A program made the position numbers and the translations under genes. Under the pieces are notes generated by a model. The model had not been told where the DNA came from, searched no databases, and worked only from the letters and a program-made list of their open reading frames with translations. A DNA stretch of 64,000 nt from IMG/VR virus record IMGVR_UViG_3300027963_000039. One strand, given 5' to 3'. Of this stretch, positions 31,629-40,987 are shown in pieces (positions within the stretch are counted from its first letter, which is position 1; each line of letters opens with the position of its first letter). The DNA is from a virus.

Positions 31629-32789
31629 ATGAATAAAAATGCAAAATCATTTATTGTTGCAGCTGAAACGATTTTTGGTAAAAATTCACTTTTGACCCGT
31701 GACGGCATTGATGAAGTTTGCAAAGAATCAGGCGCACCTTATCCATATTGGCTTGTAACAAAAACAGAATACCGAGCAGGCCGTGGCATGTATCGTGTTC
31801 CAGATTCCGGTGAAAATATTAAACAAGTGAAACAAAGTGAAACTCAACATGAAAGCGAAGAAATGCAAACAGAAGTAGCCTATGCTCAAGTCGTACAACT
31901 ACGACAACCAAAACTCATTGACGAATCTGATTCTGCTATTCCAGAAAAATATCCAGATTATGTTCCTTTTGGTTTCTTTAAAGAACTAAAAACTATCATT
32001 AGTTCAAATCGTTTTTATCCAGTCTTTGTTACTGGACTTTCGGGTAACGGCAAAACCTTGATGGTCGAACAAGTGTGTGCCGAGTTGCAACGTGAATGTA
32101 TCCGTGTGAATATTTCCATCGAAACTGATGAAACTGACCTGCTTGGTGGTCCTACACTAGTTAACGGTAACGTAGTTAATCGTGATGGTCCTGTTCTCCA
32201 AGCAATGAAGCGTGGTGCTGTACTGTTGATTGACGAAGTTGATCGTGGATCAAACAAACTTATGTGTTTGCAAGGTATCATGGAAGGCAAACCGCACTAC
32301 AACAAAAAATCTGGTGAAATGGTTTTTCCTAAGAAAGGATTTACCGTAATTGCAACAGCAAACACCAAAGGTCGTGGTTCAGATGAAGGTAAGTACCTTT
32401 CACAAATTCTTGATGATGCTTTTCTAGAACGTTTCCCAATTACTGTCGAACAGGAATATCCTGATGCTAAGACAGAAAAGAAAATTCTGAAACCCCTGAT
32501 CAAAGATGAAGATTTTGTGGAAAACTTAATCCAATGGGCTGATGTTGTTCGTAAATCATATCAAGAAGGTGCTACTGATGAAATTATTTCAACACGCCGT
32601 CTTGTACACATTGCTACTGCCTTTGAAATTTTCAAAGATCGCATGAAAGCAATTACATTATGTGTCAATCGTTTTGATGAAGAAACGAAAATGGCATTTC
32701 TAGATTTGTATTCCAAAGTAGATGCTTCCGTTGCATCGCCAGCGAATACAAGTACCACTACCGTTAGCACGGAAGAAACACCGTTCTAA
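31629..32789 (+). CDS. CobS/MoxR-like AAA+ ATPase
   Basis: GLSGNGKT, LLIDEVD, ATANTKG, FLERF and STRRL motifs. Confidence 0.9.
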   Translation: MNKNAKSFIVAAETIFGKNSLLTRDGIDEVCKESGAPYPYWLVTKTEYRAGRGMYRVPDSGENIKQVKQSETQHESEEMQTEVAYAQVVQLRQPKLIDESDSAIPEKYPDYVPFGFFKELKTIISSNRFYPVFVTGLSGNGKTLMVEQVCAELQRECIRVNISIETDETDLLGGPTLVNGNVVNRDGPVLQAMKRGAVLLIDEVDRGSNKLMCLQGIMEGKPHYNKKSGEMVFPKKGFTVIATANTKGRGSDEGKYLSQILDDAFLERFPITVEQEYPDAKTEKKILKPLIKDEDFVENLIQWADVVRKSYQEGATDEIISTRRLVHIATAFEIFKDRMKAITLCVNRFDEETKMAFLDLYSKVDASVASPANTSTTTVSTEETPF

Positions 32790-32900
32790 TACTAGTGGTA
32801 AACAACCGAATGGGGCTTGCCAACCTAGTTTCATTCGTGTATAATGGTACTGTAGCCGTATTATGCTATATTATGTTTAATTTGAATAGGAAATATTAAA

Positions 32901-33230
32901 ATGAGTTTGACAATTCGCAAAGGTAAAGTTAATCGTCACGAAAAAATCACACAGGTAATGCTTACAGGCAAACCAGTGTCTCCAGAAGAAATCAAAACCG
33001 TATTTGAGGGCACCGACCAAGAAGCAGTTTTGTATCGCCTCTCCACAAATATCTATAACATCCGTAAAGATGGTGGTATTGTAAAAGTTATCAAGAATGG
33101 TCGCAAAGTTCAGGCTTACCAATTGGTTAACTTTGATCAGTTTGATGCTAATGGTCGTTTCAAAGGCACAGTTAAAACTGCACCAGTTGTTGTTGCAACT
33201 GAAAAAGTTGAAGCTGCTGCAGAAGTTTAA
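32901..33230 (+). CDS. Putative winged-helix DNA-binding protein
   Basis: VSPEEI...RLSTNIYNIRKDG...YQL resembles a wHTH; own promoter (TTGCCA at 32817, downstream TATAAT). Confidence 0.55.
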   Translation: MSLTIRKGKVNRHEKITQVMLTGKPVSPEEIKTVFEGTDQEAVLYRLSTNIYNIRKDGGIVKVIKNGRKVQAYQLVNFDQFDANGRFKGTVKTAPVVVATEKVEAAAEV

Positions 33231-34076
33231 TTAATTCAAAATGAAAAAGATTGTAATTAATGCCTGCCATGGTGGTTTTGGTTTATCTGAATTGGCTATT
33301 GAAAAGTACAAGAAGTTAACCAATAACACCAATCCATATTTTCATGACCTTACGATTCCCCGTGATTGTTTTCTATTAATCAAATTAGTAGAAGAACTCG
33401 GTGAAGATGTTAACAACAGATTTTCCAATTTAAAAATTGTGGAAATTCCCGATGATGTTGATTGGGAAATTGCTGAGTATGATGGTTTCGAATGGGTCGC
33501 TGAGATGCATAGAACTTGGAGTTGGCATGAACCAGAAGCTAATTGATTTGGTCCGAAAACTGAAAGATCATGAAACAAGGATGAACCAATATTTGGATTC
33601 TATTCCTTCAGATTTGAATTCAGTATTTTTTGATAATGTTTACGTAAACAATCTAGCAATGCAGCGTGATGCGTTAATCGAGGAATTATTCGGTGATATG
33701 GCCGAAGATGTCTATTGGTTTCTGTATGAGTTTGAAGCAGGAAAATCTACTGGTCCACATTTGATACTCGCTGACGGTACTAAGTACACATTTGTTACCG
33801 ATGAATCTTATTATGAATATTTAAAAAGTCTATGGATCTAATGAACGAACAAAAAACTCAACGAGGTTTATCTATAGATAATATTGCAACAGATCCAGTT
33901 AGAATGAGAAAACGATGCGAATCATTAGTTGTTGCCATGGTGGGTAAAGAGTTAGAACAACAATGGTGGAACGGTCCAAACAAGGCATTCTGTGGTGATA
34001 CACCAGAACAGATGTATAGTGTTGCACCTTCAGTAGTGTATGCTTATCTGATGAAATCAGCAGAAGGAGAATGGTA

Positions 34077-34286
34077 ATGAACGAACGAATTGTTGAATTG
34101 ATTAAACAATCCGGTACCGATGTTTCTGGTAAGTGGATGAGTATGTATCAGGTAGAAAAGTTCGCCGAGTTGATTGTGCGGGAATGTGCCGACTTTGTTC
34201 GTGAATATCCTGAAAAGTATTTGACTCACAATCAAGCCAATGAGATTGGTTTTGGAATGGAAGAACATTTCGGAGTTGAAGAATGA
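34077..34286 (+). CDS. MNERI...FGVEE mini-gene, copy 3
   Basis: Three conserved blocks. Confidence 0.8.
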   Translation: MNERIVELIKQSGTDVSGKWMSMYQVEKFAELIVRECADFVREYPEKYLTHNQANEIGFGMEEHFGVEE

Positions 34287-34477
34287 ACGAACAACAATAC
34301 CCAGGTCTAAAAAGGCTTGAAAACGGTGATATTGAATATCAAGACCATATTTGGTGGAGTGAAGAATACTTCAAAGCGGGTAAGAATCCAATTGGTGTAA
34401 ACTTTGATGATCCTGTGAATTGTCGGTTTACTTTTGACATCGATGGTAATCTAAAGAATGTGGAATTTATAAAATAA
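34283..34477 (+). CDS. Hypothetical protein flanked by two copies of the GGAGTTGAA block
   Basis: Starts in the 3' block of copy 3; an orphan block follows at 34483-34501. Confidence 0.65.
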   Translation: MNEQQYPGLKRLENGDIEYQDHIWWSEEYFKAGKNPIGVNFDDPVNCRFTFDIDGNLKNVEFIK

Positions 34478-34502
34478 TCAATAAACATTTTGGAGTTGAA
34501 CT

Positions 34503-34706
34503 ATGAACGAACGAATTCGACAACTGGTTAGACAGGCTGGACTAGATGATGCTGACTTTCCTATTGAGAATTGGGATAATGTTCCCTTAGCAAATTTTGC
34601 CCAGTTGATTGTGAGGGAATGTGCTCTTACTGCTGGGTTAATGGAGCAAGAAGGTCGCAAAGGCATTGGCGCACAAATATTAGATAATTTCGGAGTTGAA
34701 GAATGA
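34503..34706 (+). CDS. MNERI...FGVEE mini-gene, copy 4
   Basis: Three conserved blocks. Confidence 0.8.
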   Translation: MNERIRQLVRQAGLDDADFPIENWDNVPLANFAQLIVRECALTAGLMEQEGRKGIGAQILDNFGVEE

Positions 34707-35222
34707 ATAAATGGGCTGAAATGAAAGATAGATTTGATTTTGAACAGGCTTTGCTTGAGTGTTGGAAAATTACCGATGAAATTGGTTTACTCAACAAAAA
34801 TGTTTTAGAAGGAAAAATTGGCGGAGACGAAATGTCTCAAGATGAAATTTCCAACTTTCTGTTGGGGCTGGAAACCATCTATGAACACAAATTTGATGTT
34901 TTGTGGAATGGATTCGAAACAGTAATTATGAATATTGTTAGAGAAAATTCAATTCTTAAAGAAGAAGTTTCAGCTCTCCGTACACAATTGGTAGAAATTC
35001 AAAAAGGCGAAAAATGAAATATATTGCAAAACCTCGGATGTCCAATAGTCTAGGAATGAAAGAATTCGACAACCAACTTGACGCGGTGATGTACTTAAAC
35101 AGCGTATTGAGTGCGAAGGATGGCGATGGGGAGCGATTTGATTACACCTACGTAGTACCGTCAGCATCTCCTAAGAACCTGCGTAGGACAGTCGAGGAAT
35201 ACGTCTGGATAGGCAAATTAAT

Positions 35223-35284
35223 TGTTGTTTAATTACAACAAAATGGCAGAAAATGCTTGACTTATTTTGTGGTTGTGATACAGT
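35223..35284 (+). promoter_or_regulatory. Early promoter with TGTTG-N8-CAACA operator
   Basis: Palindrome 35223-35240; TTGACT 35257; TACAGT 35279. Confidence 0.75.
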
Positions 35285-35445
35285 ACTACTTCTTAACTTT
35301 TAAAAAGACTTTACACTATGATTAATTTTATGGCCGGATGTGTTCTTGGTTTTTTTGTTGCAACGATAGGTTTTACTGGAATTGCAACATCCTTGGATAA
35401 AGGAATCGAAACAATTAAAAGCACCTCAATTACTGTGGATAAAAA

Positions 35446-35673
35446 ATGAAAAAACTTTTACTGATTTCTTTATTGTTTGTAACTGCTTGTAGTAGCACTC
35501 CTACAATTAAAGGTTACGAAGGGCCAAAAGCAATGCAACGTAATGATGTAATTGAAGGTGCTAGATCATGTGTCAACACTCGCATGAAACCGCAAATCAT
35601 TTATTTACCACAAAAAACAGAATTTGGTTCAATTTTAGTTCCCGTTGATGTACATTGCGAAGTCTATAGATAA
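35446..35673 (+). CDS. Small lipoprotein
   Basis: Signal peptide with VTAC lipobox. Confidence 0.7.
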   Translation: MKKLLLISLLFVTACSSTPTIKGYEGPKAMQRNDVIEGARSCVNTRMKPQIIYLPQKTEFGSILVPVDVHCEVYR

Positions 35674-35976
35674 CAGGTAAACTTATGGAAATGTTTTATC
35701 AGTTTGGCTTGACACAAAGAGCATTAGAGGGTATTATTATATTTGGTGGCGCAGCAGCTTTGTTGGCCATCTTTTGGCGTTTGATTGTGATTGGTGGCGG
35801 CATTATTTTGGTTGCCTATATCTTTATGCATCATCAACTTGAACCTGTTGATCCTGTTGTACAAGCACAATCACAAAAACAAGAATTTATGCAAGATTGT
35901 ATGGGTATTGCTATGAACGATAAAGATCATTGCGAACTCATTTGGAATGAAAGAATGATCGAAGAAAGGAAACTAA

Positions 35977-36369
35977 ATGGCTCTGTGGAAAATCGAACCT
36001 CAATTTAAAAAATCTATTATTGACCGTAACTATTGGTCAAACGACCTTGGCCAAAACATTGTACACGAAACAGGTTGGCGCTGGGGCGAATTCTTTATTG
36101 TAACTGAAGATGATAATCCTCCAGATTTACCGGCAGATGGTAACTTTGATATTCTGGATTGTGGATACGAACTTCAAGACTTTTCAACTGATGATGGATG
36201 TTGGGAAGATTATGAATATGATGGATTTATCGAAGAAGAACAGCAAATCATAGAATCTTGGATTGAAGAAAATTCAATTTTTGATTTAGAGAATGAAGAA
36301 GGCGGATGGACTTGTAATGAATCCGAAATGTTTATTAATTGTCCGATTACAATCGAAAAAGTAGAATGA
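35977..36369 (+). CDS. Highly acidic hypothetical protein
   Basis: About 34 D/E versus 6 K/R in 130 aa (manual count). Confidence 0.7.
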   Translation: MALWKIEPQFKKSIIDRNYWSNDLGQNIVHETGWRWGEFFIVTEDDNPPDLPADGNFDILDCGYELQDFSTDDGCWEDYEYDGFIEEEQQIIESWIEENSIFDLENEEGGWTCNESEMFINCPITIEKVE

Positions 36370-36605
36370 TCGATGATGAAAAGCTGCTGAGCTTGGTTAC
36401 AGAAATTGATGAATTTATTATGCACGCTTGCGTTAAAGAGAATTTACCTCCACTAAACGTAACGGCAATTATATTGGCACGTTTAATTTCTTTAAACAAA
36501 AGATTTGGCCATGCCGAAGAAATGGTTAAATTGCTAGAAGAAGTTTGTAGTAAAATAGAAACCCGTGAAATTGACATGGATGAATGTAAGGTGATACATT
36601 AGTAT

Positions 36606-36666
36606 TGTTGTTAATTTACAACACTTTAAATTATTTGCTTGACATTATTGTTGGTTGTGATATAAT
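36606..36666 (+). promoter_or_regulatory. Early promoter with TGTTG-N8-CAACA operator
   Basis: Palindrome 36606-36623; TTGACA 36639; TGA-TATAAT 36661. Confidence 0.85.
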
Positions 36667-36692
36667 ATTGTTTTAAGTTGGTAAGGATAAAA

Positions 36693-37571
36693 ATGAAAAT
36701 AGCTCTTGCATCCGACATTCATTTAGAATTTGGAGATATTAATTTACAAAACACCGAAAATGCTGATGTATTGATTCTTGGTGGGGATATCTGTGTAGCT
36801 AAAGACATTGGTCGACCAGATCCTCATAGTCTCATGGAAGGCAGCCGTAGTAGCCGAATTGTTGACTTTTTCAAGCGTTGTTCATTCCAGTTTCCTCATG
36901 TGATCTATATCATGGGTAACCATGAGCATTATCACGGCGACTTTGCTACAAGTGCAAACATAATCAAATCAATGTTAGAATCTAATATGTTAAGCAATGT
37001 GTATTTGCTTGATAAAGAGATTAAAAAAATCGATGATGTGACATTTATTGGTGGCACTCTTTGGACTGATATGAACAAAGAAGATGAAATGACACTACGT
37101 TCTATGTCTCGAATGATGAATGACTTCCGTTGTGTTGAAAATAGTAATCGTGTCGTTAATTATAGGGCTTTTGAAGATAAAGAGAATCCCGATAAACCTA
37201 CATTCAAGACTAAACCAGCAACATTTTCTCCAGAAGATGCTGTTGAAGATCACAAAAAAATGCTTGATTACATTCAAAACATAATTGAAGGTAAACATGA
37301 TGAAAAATTTGTTGTTGTAGGTCATCATGCTCCTAGTAGAGCGTCAACACATCCACGTTACAAAAATGAAACTTTGATGAATGGTGGTTATAGTTCATCA
37401 TTGGATGATTACATCATAGACCATCCGCAAATTAAATTGTGGACTCATGGTCACACACATGAAGATTTTGATTACATGATTGGTTCAACTAGAGTTGTTT
37501 GCAATCCTAGAGGGTACATTCATTACGAAGAACGTGCTGACAGATTTGAATTGAAATATATGGAAGTATGA
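36693..37571 (+). CDS. Calcineurin-like metallophosphoesterase
   Basis: SDIH, GD, GNHE, HHAP and HGHTH motifs. Confidence 0.92.
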   Translation: MKIALASDIHLEFGDINLQNTENADVLILGGDICVAKDIGRPDPHSLMEGSRSSRIVDFFKRCSFQFPHVIYIMGNHEHYHGDFATSANIIKSMLESNMLSNVYLLDKEIKKIDDVTFIGGTLWTDMNKEDEMTLRSMSRMMNDFRCVENSNRVVNYRAFEDKENPDKPTFKTKPATFSPEDAVEDHKKMLDYIQNIIEGKHDEKFVVVGHHAPSRASTHPRYKNETLMNGGYSSSLDDYIIDHPQIKLWTHGHTHEDFDYMIGSTRVVCNPRGYIHYEERADRFELKYMEV

Positions 37572-37772
37572 TGGTTTCTCTAAATCGCAAACAAATGGAA
37601 AAGTTGGTCAAAATTGCCGAACACTTCAAAGAGGTCGAATGGTTTACTATTGAAGAAGTCGAAAAAAACGGAATCGGACCTGAAGTACAGGTTCGGTTCA
37701 ATCTTTTTGGTGATATTGATAAAGATGATGATGTGAAGGTAGATATTACCGATCTATCGACTTGGTGATAAT

Positions 37773-38375
37773 ATGGATACAAATCAAAAATTTCTGTCGT
37801 TAGACCTTGAGCTAAACAACGCTCAAGACAATTCAACACCCAACCCAAAAATTATTCAGGTGGGTGTTGCTGTTGGAAATTATGAAATGTATTGCAATGA
37901 TGAAATTATCACAGAGAAATGGTATTTGGATCCACACGAACCAATCTATCCTTTCATTACAGAATTAACCGGCATCACCGATGAAGATATACAAACCAAA
38001 TCGGTGACGCATGGTGTGCTTGCTGAAGAACTTGGTAAATTTATTAAACAACACAATGTGTTTGTAAATCCGGTAACTTGGGGTGGCGGAGATAGTACAG
38101 AATTAAAACAGGAATTTGTTGATAGGAATATTCCTTTTCAATTTTTTGGTCGCCGTTGGATTGATGTTAAAACCTGGCACATATTACACCTTTTAACGAA
38201 TGGTAAAAGACCTTCTGGAGGCTTGCGTTCTTCTTTGAATATACATAGAATGAAATTCTTAGGAACTCCGCATCGTGCTGATGATGATGCATTTAACACG
38301 TTAAGATTATTTTTTAAGTTGTTAGAAAACCAAAGAAAATTGTATAACATAAAAGAAATCACGGATTCATTATGA
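37773..38375 (+). CDS. DEDDh 3'-5' exonuclease
   Basis: DLE, LTGI and HRADDDA motifs. Confidence 0.88.
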   Translation: MDTNQKFLSLDLELNNAQDNSTPNPKIIQVGVAVGNYEMYCNDEIITEKWYLDPHEPIYPFITELTGITDEDIQTKSVTHGVLAEELGKFIKQHNVFVNPVTWGGGDSTELKQEFVDRNIPFQFFGRRWIDVKTWHILHLLTNGKRPSGGLRSSLNIHRMKFLGTPHRADDDAFNTLRLFFKLLENQRKLYNIKEITDSL

Positions 38376-39220
38376 AAAAAATCTTAGTAACTGGTTCTAG
38401 TGGATACATTGGCCAACATCTTTGTAAATTATTGAAACAAAAAGGCACATATAAAGTATATGGACTGGACACCATAGTTAATAAAAAAAACGTTGACTCA
38501 TTTTTGCACCATTCTATTTCAGAAATAGATTACTATGGTCACGAAGGAATTTATGAAATCGATACACATTTCGACACCGTTATTCACTTAGCAGCACTAG
38601 TAAGAGTAAATGAAAGTGTGAAGTTTCCTGCAAACTATTATAAGACCAATTTGTTTGGTACTATAAATGTGTTGGAACAAATTTATTTTGATAATTTCAT
38701 ATTTGCTTCTACTGGTGCTGCATCCAATCCTTCAAGCCCTTACGGTTTATCTAAACTTTGTGCTGAAGATGTAGTTAAGAGTTATTGTGAAAAAACGAAT
38801 AAACCCTTTACAATATTCAGGTTCTATAATGTGATAGGTTCTGATGGAATTGCTCCAACCAATCCTGACGGGTTGTTTTATAACCTGATTAACGCAGAGA
38901 AAACAGGTGAATTTAATCTGTTTGGTGACGATTACAACACACCTGATGGTTCGCCTATTCGTGATTATGTGCATGTTATGGAAATTTGTAATGCACTCGA
39001 AACTGCAATTAAAAAGCCTGCACATGGATTGGAAAATTTAGGTCATGGCCATGGATTTTCTGTAAAAGAAATTGTTGATATTTACAAAAAAGTAAATGAT
39101 TGTGATTTTAAAGTTAATATGTTACCTCGGCGTGAAGGTGACTTGGAAAGAACTGTACTAGATAAGCCTTCTAGTTATTTGAAGTCTATGTATACCATTG
39201 AGGAGTTATTGAAAAAATGA
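38372..39220 (+). CDS. galE: NAD-dependent epimerase (UDP-glucose 4-epimerase-like)
   Basis: TGSSGYIG, YGLSK, RFYNV and RDYVHV motifs. Confidence 0.85.
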   Translation: MKKILVTGSSGYIGQHLCKLLKQKGTYKVYGLDTIVNKKNVDSFLHHSISEIDYYGHEGIYEIDTHFDTVIHLAALVRVNESVKFPANYYKTNLFGTINVLEQIYFDNFIFASTGAASNPSSPYGLSKLCAEDVVKSYCEKTNKPFTIFRFYNVIGSDGIAPTNPDGLFYNLINAEKTGEFNLFGDDYNTPDGSPIRDYVHVMEICNALETAIKKPAHGLENLGHGHGFSVKEIVDIYKKVNDCDFKVNMLPRREGDLERTVLDKPSSYLKSMYTIEELLKK

Positions 39221-39405
39221 AAGAAGGATATTCTGACATAGAACTTGAGCTCGAAAAAGAGTTGTTGTTTGATTTGATGTTTTTGGCTCATGAACGTGAC
39301 ATAACATTGAATCAATTAGTTGAAAATATTTTACGTGAATACCTTGAAAAAAATAAAGGTATTTCAACATGGGAAAATTGGAAAATGAATAAGGATATAA
39401 CATGA
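39217..39405 (+). CDS. Ribbon-helix-helix-like small protein
   Basis: AHERDITLNQLVENIL pattern. Confidence 0.55.
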   Translation: MKEGYSDIELELEKELLFDLMFLAHERDITLNQLVENILREYLEKNKGISTWENWKMNKDIT

Positions 39406-40352
39406 AAATTAAATTGTTAGTTATTTCGTTGATGATTGGTTTAACATCGGCTCATGCTCAAGAATGGCCCCAAAAACAGGTAAAAGTTATAGTTGGCGGC
39501 ACACCTGGAAGTACAGCTGATCTTTGGACTCGAACTATTTTTGATCAAGTTTCGAAACAAACAGGTAAAAATATAGTTGTGGAAAATCGAGGTGGTGCAG
39601 CTGGAACTATTGCTGGAAATGCGATTGTAAAATCTGAACCAGATGGACACACTCTTTTTGTCAATACCATCACACATACAGTTGCTCCTCTAATACAAAA
39701 ATCAGTACGGTATAATGTTGAAACAGATTTTACCAATATTTGCGGACTAGTCACGCAACCTTTTGTTCTGACTGCAAGTGTACGTTGGAAAAATATTGAT
39801 GAATTTGTCAAATATGGTAAAGAAAATCCTGGCAAATTAAACTGGGCTTCTCCTGGTTTAGGAAGTTCTGGTCACTTGTTGATGGAAAAATTTTCTTATG
39901 CTACAAATATTAAAATGGTACACATTCCTTATCGTGGTTCACCCGAAGCTTTGACAGATATTTTATCTGGCCAAGTAGACATTTTTCCATCAACTATCGG
40001 ACACTCCTTATCTGTGGTAAAAGAGGGCCATGCAAACAATCTTGTTGTCACATCACCAAAACGATCCCCAATCACACCAGATGTACCTACTTTAAATGAA
40101 TCAGGAATTAAAAATTCAAATTACATTTATTGGCTTGGTTTGTTTGGTCCAGCAAAAATTAATCCTATTATAGTTGAAAATATCAACTTAGAGGTTCAGC
40201 GAGCTATGTCGTCATCCGAAGTTAAATCAAAATTAAATGAATTGGGATATGAACCAATTAAAATGTCTCCATCAGAATTTGATACTTTTGTTAGGAATGA
40301 AATTAAACAACATAAAGAAATTATATCTCGTTCTAAAATGACAATGGAGTAA
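39402..40352 (+). CDS. Tripartite tricarboxylate transporter substrate-binding protein (Bug/TctC)
   Basis: Signal peptide; VENRGGAAGTI, PDGHTL, HIPYRG and PDVPT motifs. Confidence 0.9.
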   Translation: MKIKLLVISLMIGLTSAHAQEWPQKQVKVIVGGTPGSTADLWTRTIFDQVSKQTGKNIVVENRGGAAGTIAGNAIVKSEPDGHTLFVNTITHTVAPLIQKSVRYNVETDFTNICGLVTQPFVLTASVRWKNIDEFVKYGKENPGKLNWASPGLGSSGHLLMEKFSYATNIKMVHIPYRGSPEALTDILSGQVDIFPSTIGHSLSVVKEGHANNLVVTSPKRSPITPDVPTLNESGIKNSNYIYWLGLFGPAKINPIIVENINLEVQRAMSSSEVKSKLNELGYEPIKMSPSEFDTFVRNEIKQHKEIISRSKMTME

Positions 40353-40354
40353 TT

Positions 40355-40987
40355 ATGAAAGTTTATTTTAATGGTTATCAGAACACTTGGGTTTCACCTT
40401 ATACCATTCTAGAAAAGGTATTGTTCTGGAAGGATTGGGAAAATATTGACTATGACACACCTTGGGTTGAAAAATGGTCGAATCGTTTACAACCTTTCTG
40501 CAAGGCCTTACAAAAAGTACTTCAAGTTTTTAGGCCACATATTCGTTATGTGAAGATTGATGCTTATGATACTTGGTCAATGGACCATACATTGGCGTAT
40601 ATTATTGTTCCTATGTTGAAGCAACTTCATGCAACTAAACATGGCGCCCCATTAGTTGATGATGAAGATGTGCCTGATGAATTAAAATCAATCAATGCAC
40701 CACCAAAAGAAAATGAATATGATACTGATGGTAACCATTTCAAGCGTTGGGATTGGGTTATGGAAGAAATGATTTGGTCTTTTGAACAAGAACTCAAAGA
40801 CGATGATGAGTCTCAATTTTTTGATCATTCAGCATATGATAGTGACGATACCAAAGCATGGTTTAAAGATATGTCCAACGGTGTAAGTAAAATCAAAATT
40901 GACCGTGAAGGATTGGAAGCACACCAAAAGAGAAAACAAAACGGATTCAATCTTTTTGGTAAATACTATCAGGCACTTTGGGACTGA
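40355..40987 (+). CDS. Conserved phage hypothetical protein
   Basis: DTWSMDHTL...HGAP and LFGKYY..LWD motifs. Confidence 0.7.
   Translation: MKVYFNGYQNTWVSPYTILEKVLFWKDWENIDYDTPWVEKWSNRLQPFCKALQKVLQVFRPHIRYVKIDAYDTWSMDHTLAYIIVPMLKQLHATKHGAPLVDDEDVPDELKSINAPPKENEYDTDGNHFKRWDWVMEEMIWSFEQELKDDDESQFFDHSAYDSDDTKAWFKDMSNGVSKIKIDREGLEAHQKRKQNGFNLFGKYYQALWD

Noticed and set aside
15874-32789. Cobalamin biosynthesis (cobaltochelatase)
   Set aside because: No cobN or other cob genes are present; a MoxR/VWA chaperone module is the more plausible reading.
29001-34706. Conserved repeats with variable spacers read as a CRISPR array or DGR
   Set aside because: The repeats are of three types, in frame and coding, with irregular spacer lengths. 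There is no cas operon or reverse transcriptase in the window and no adenine-specific variation.
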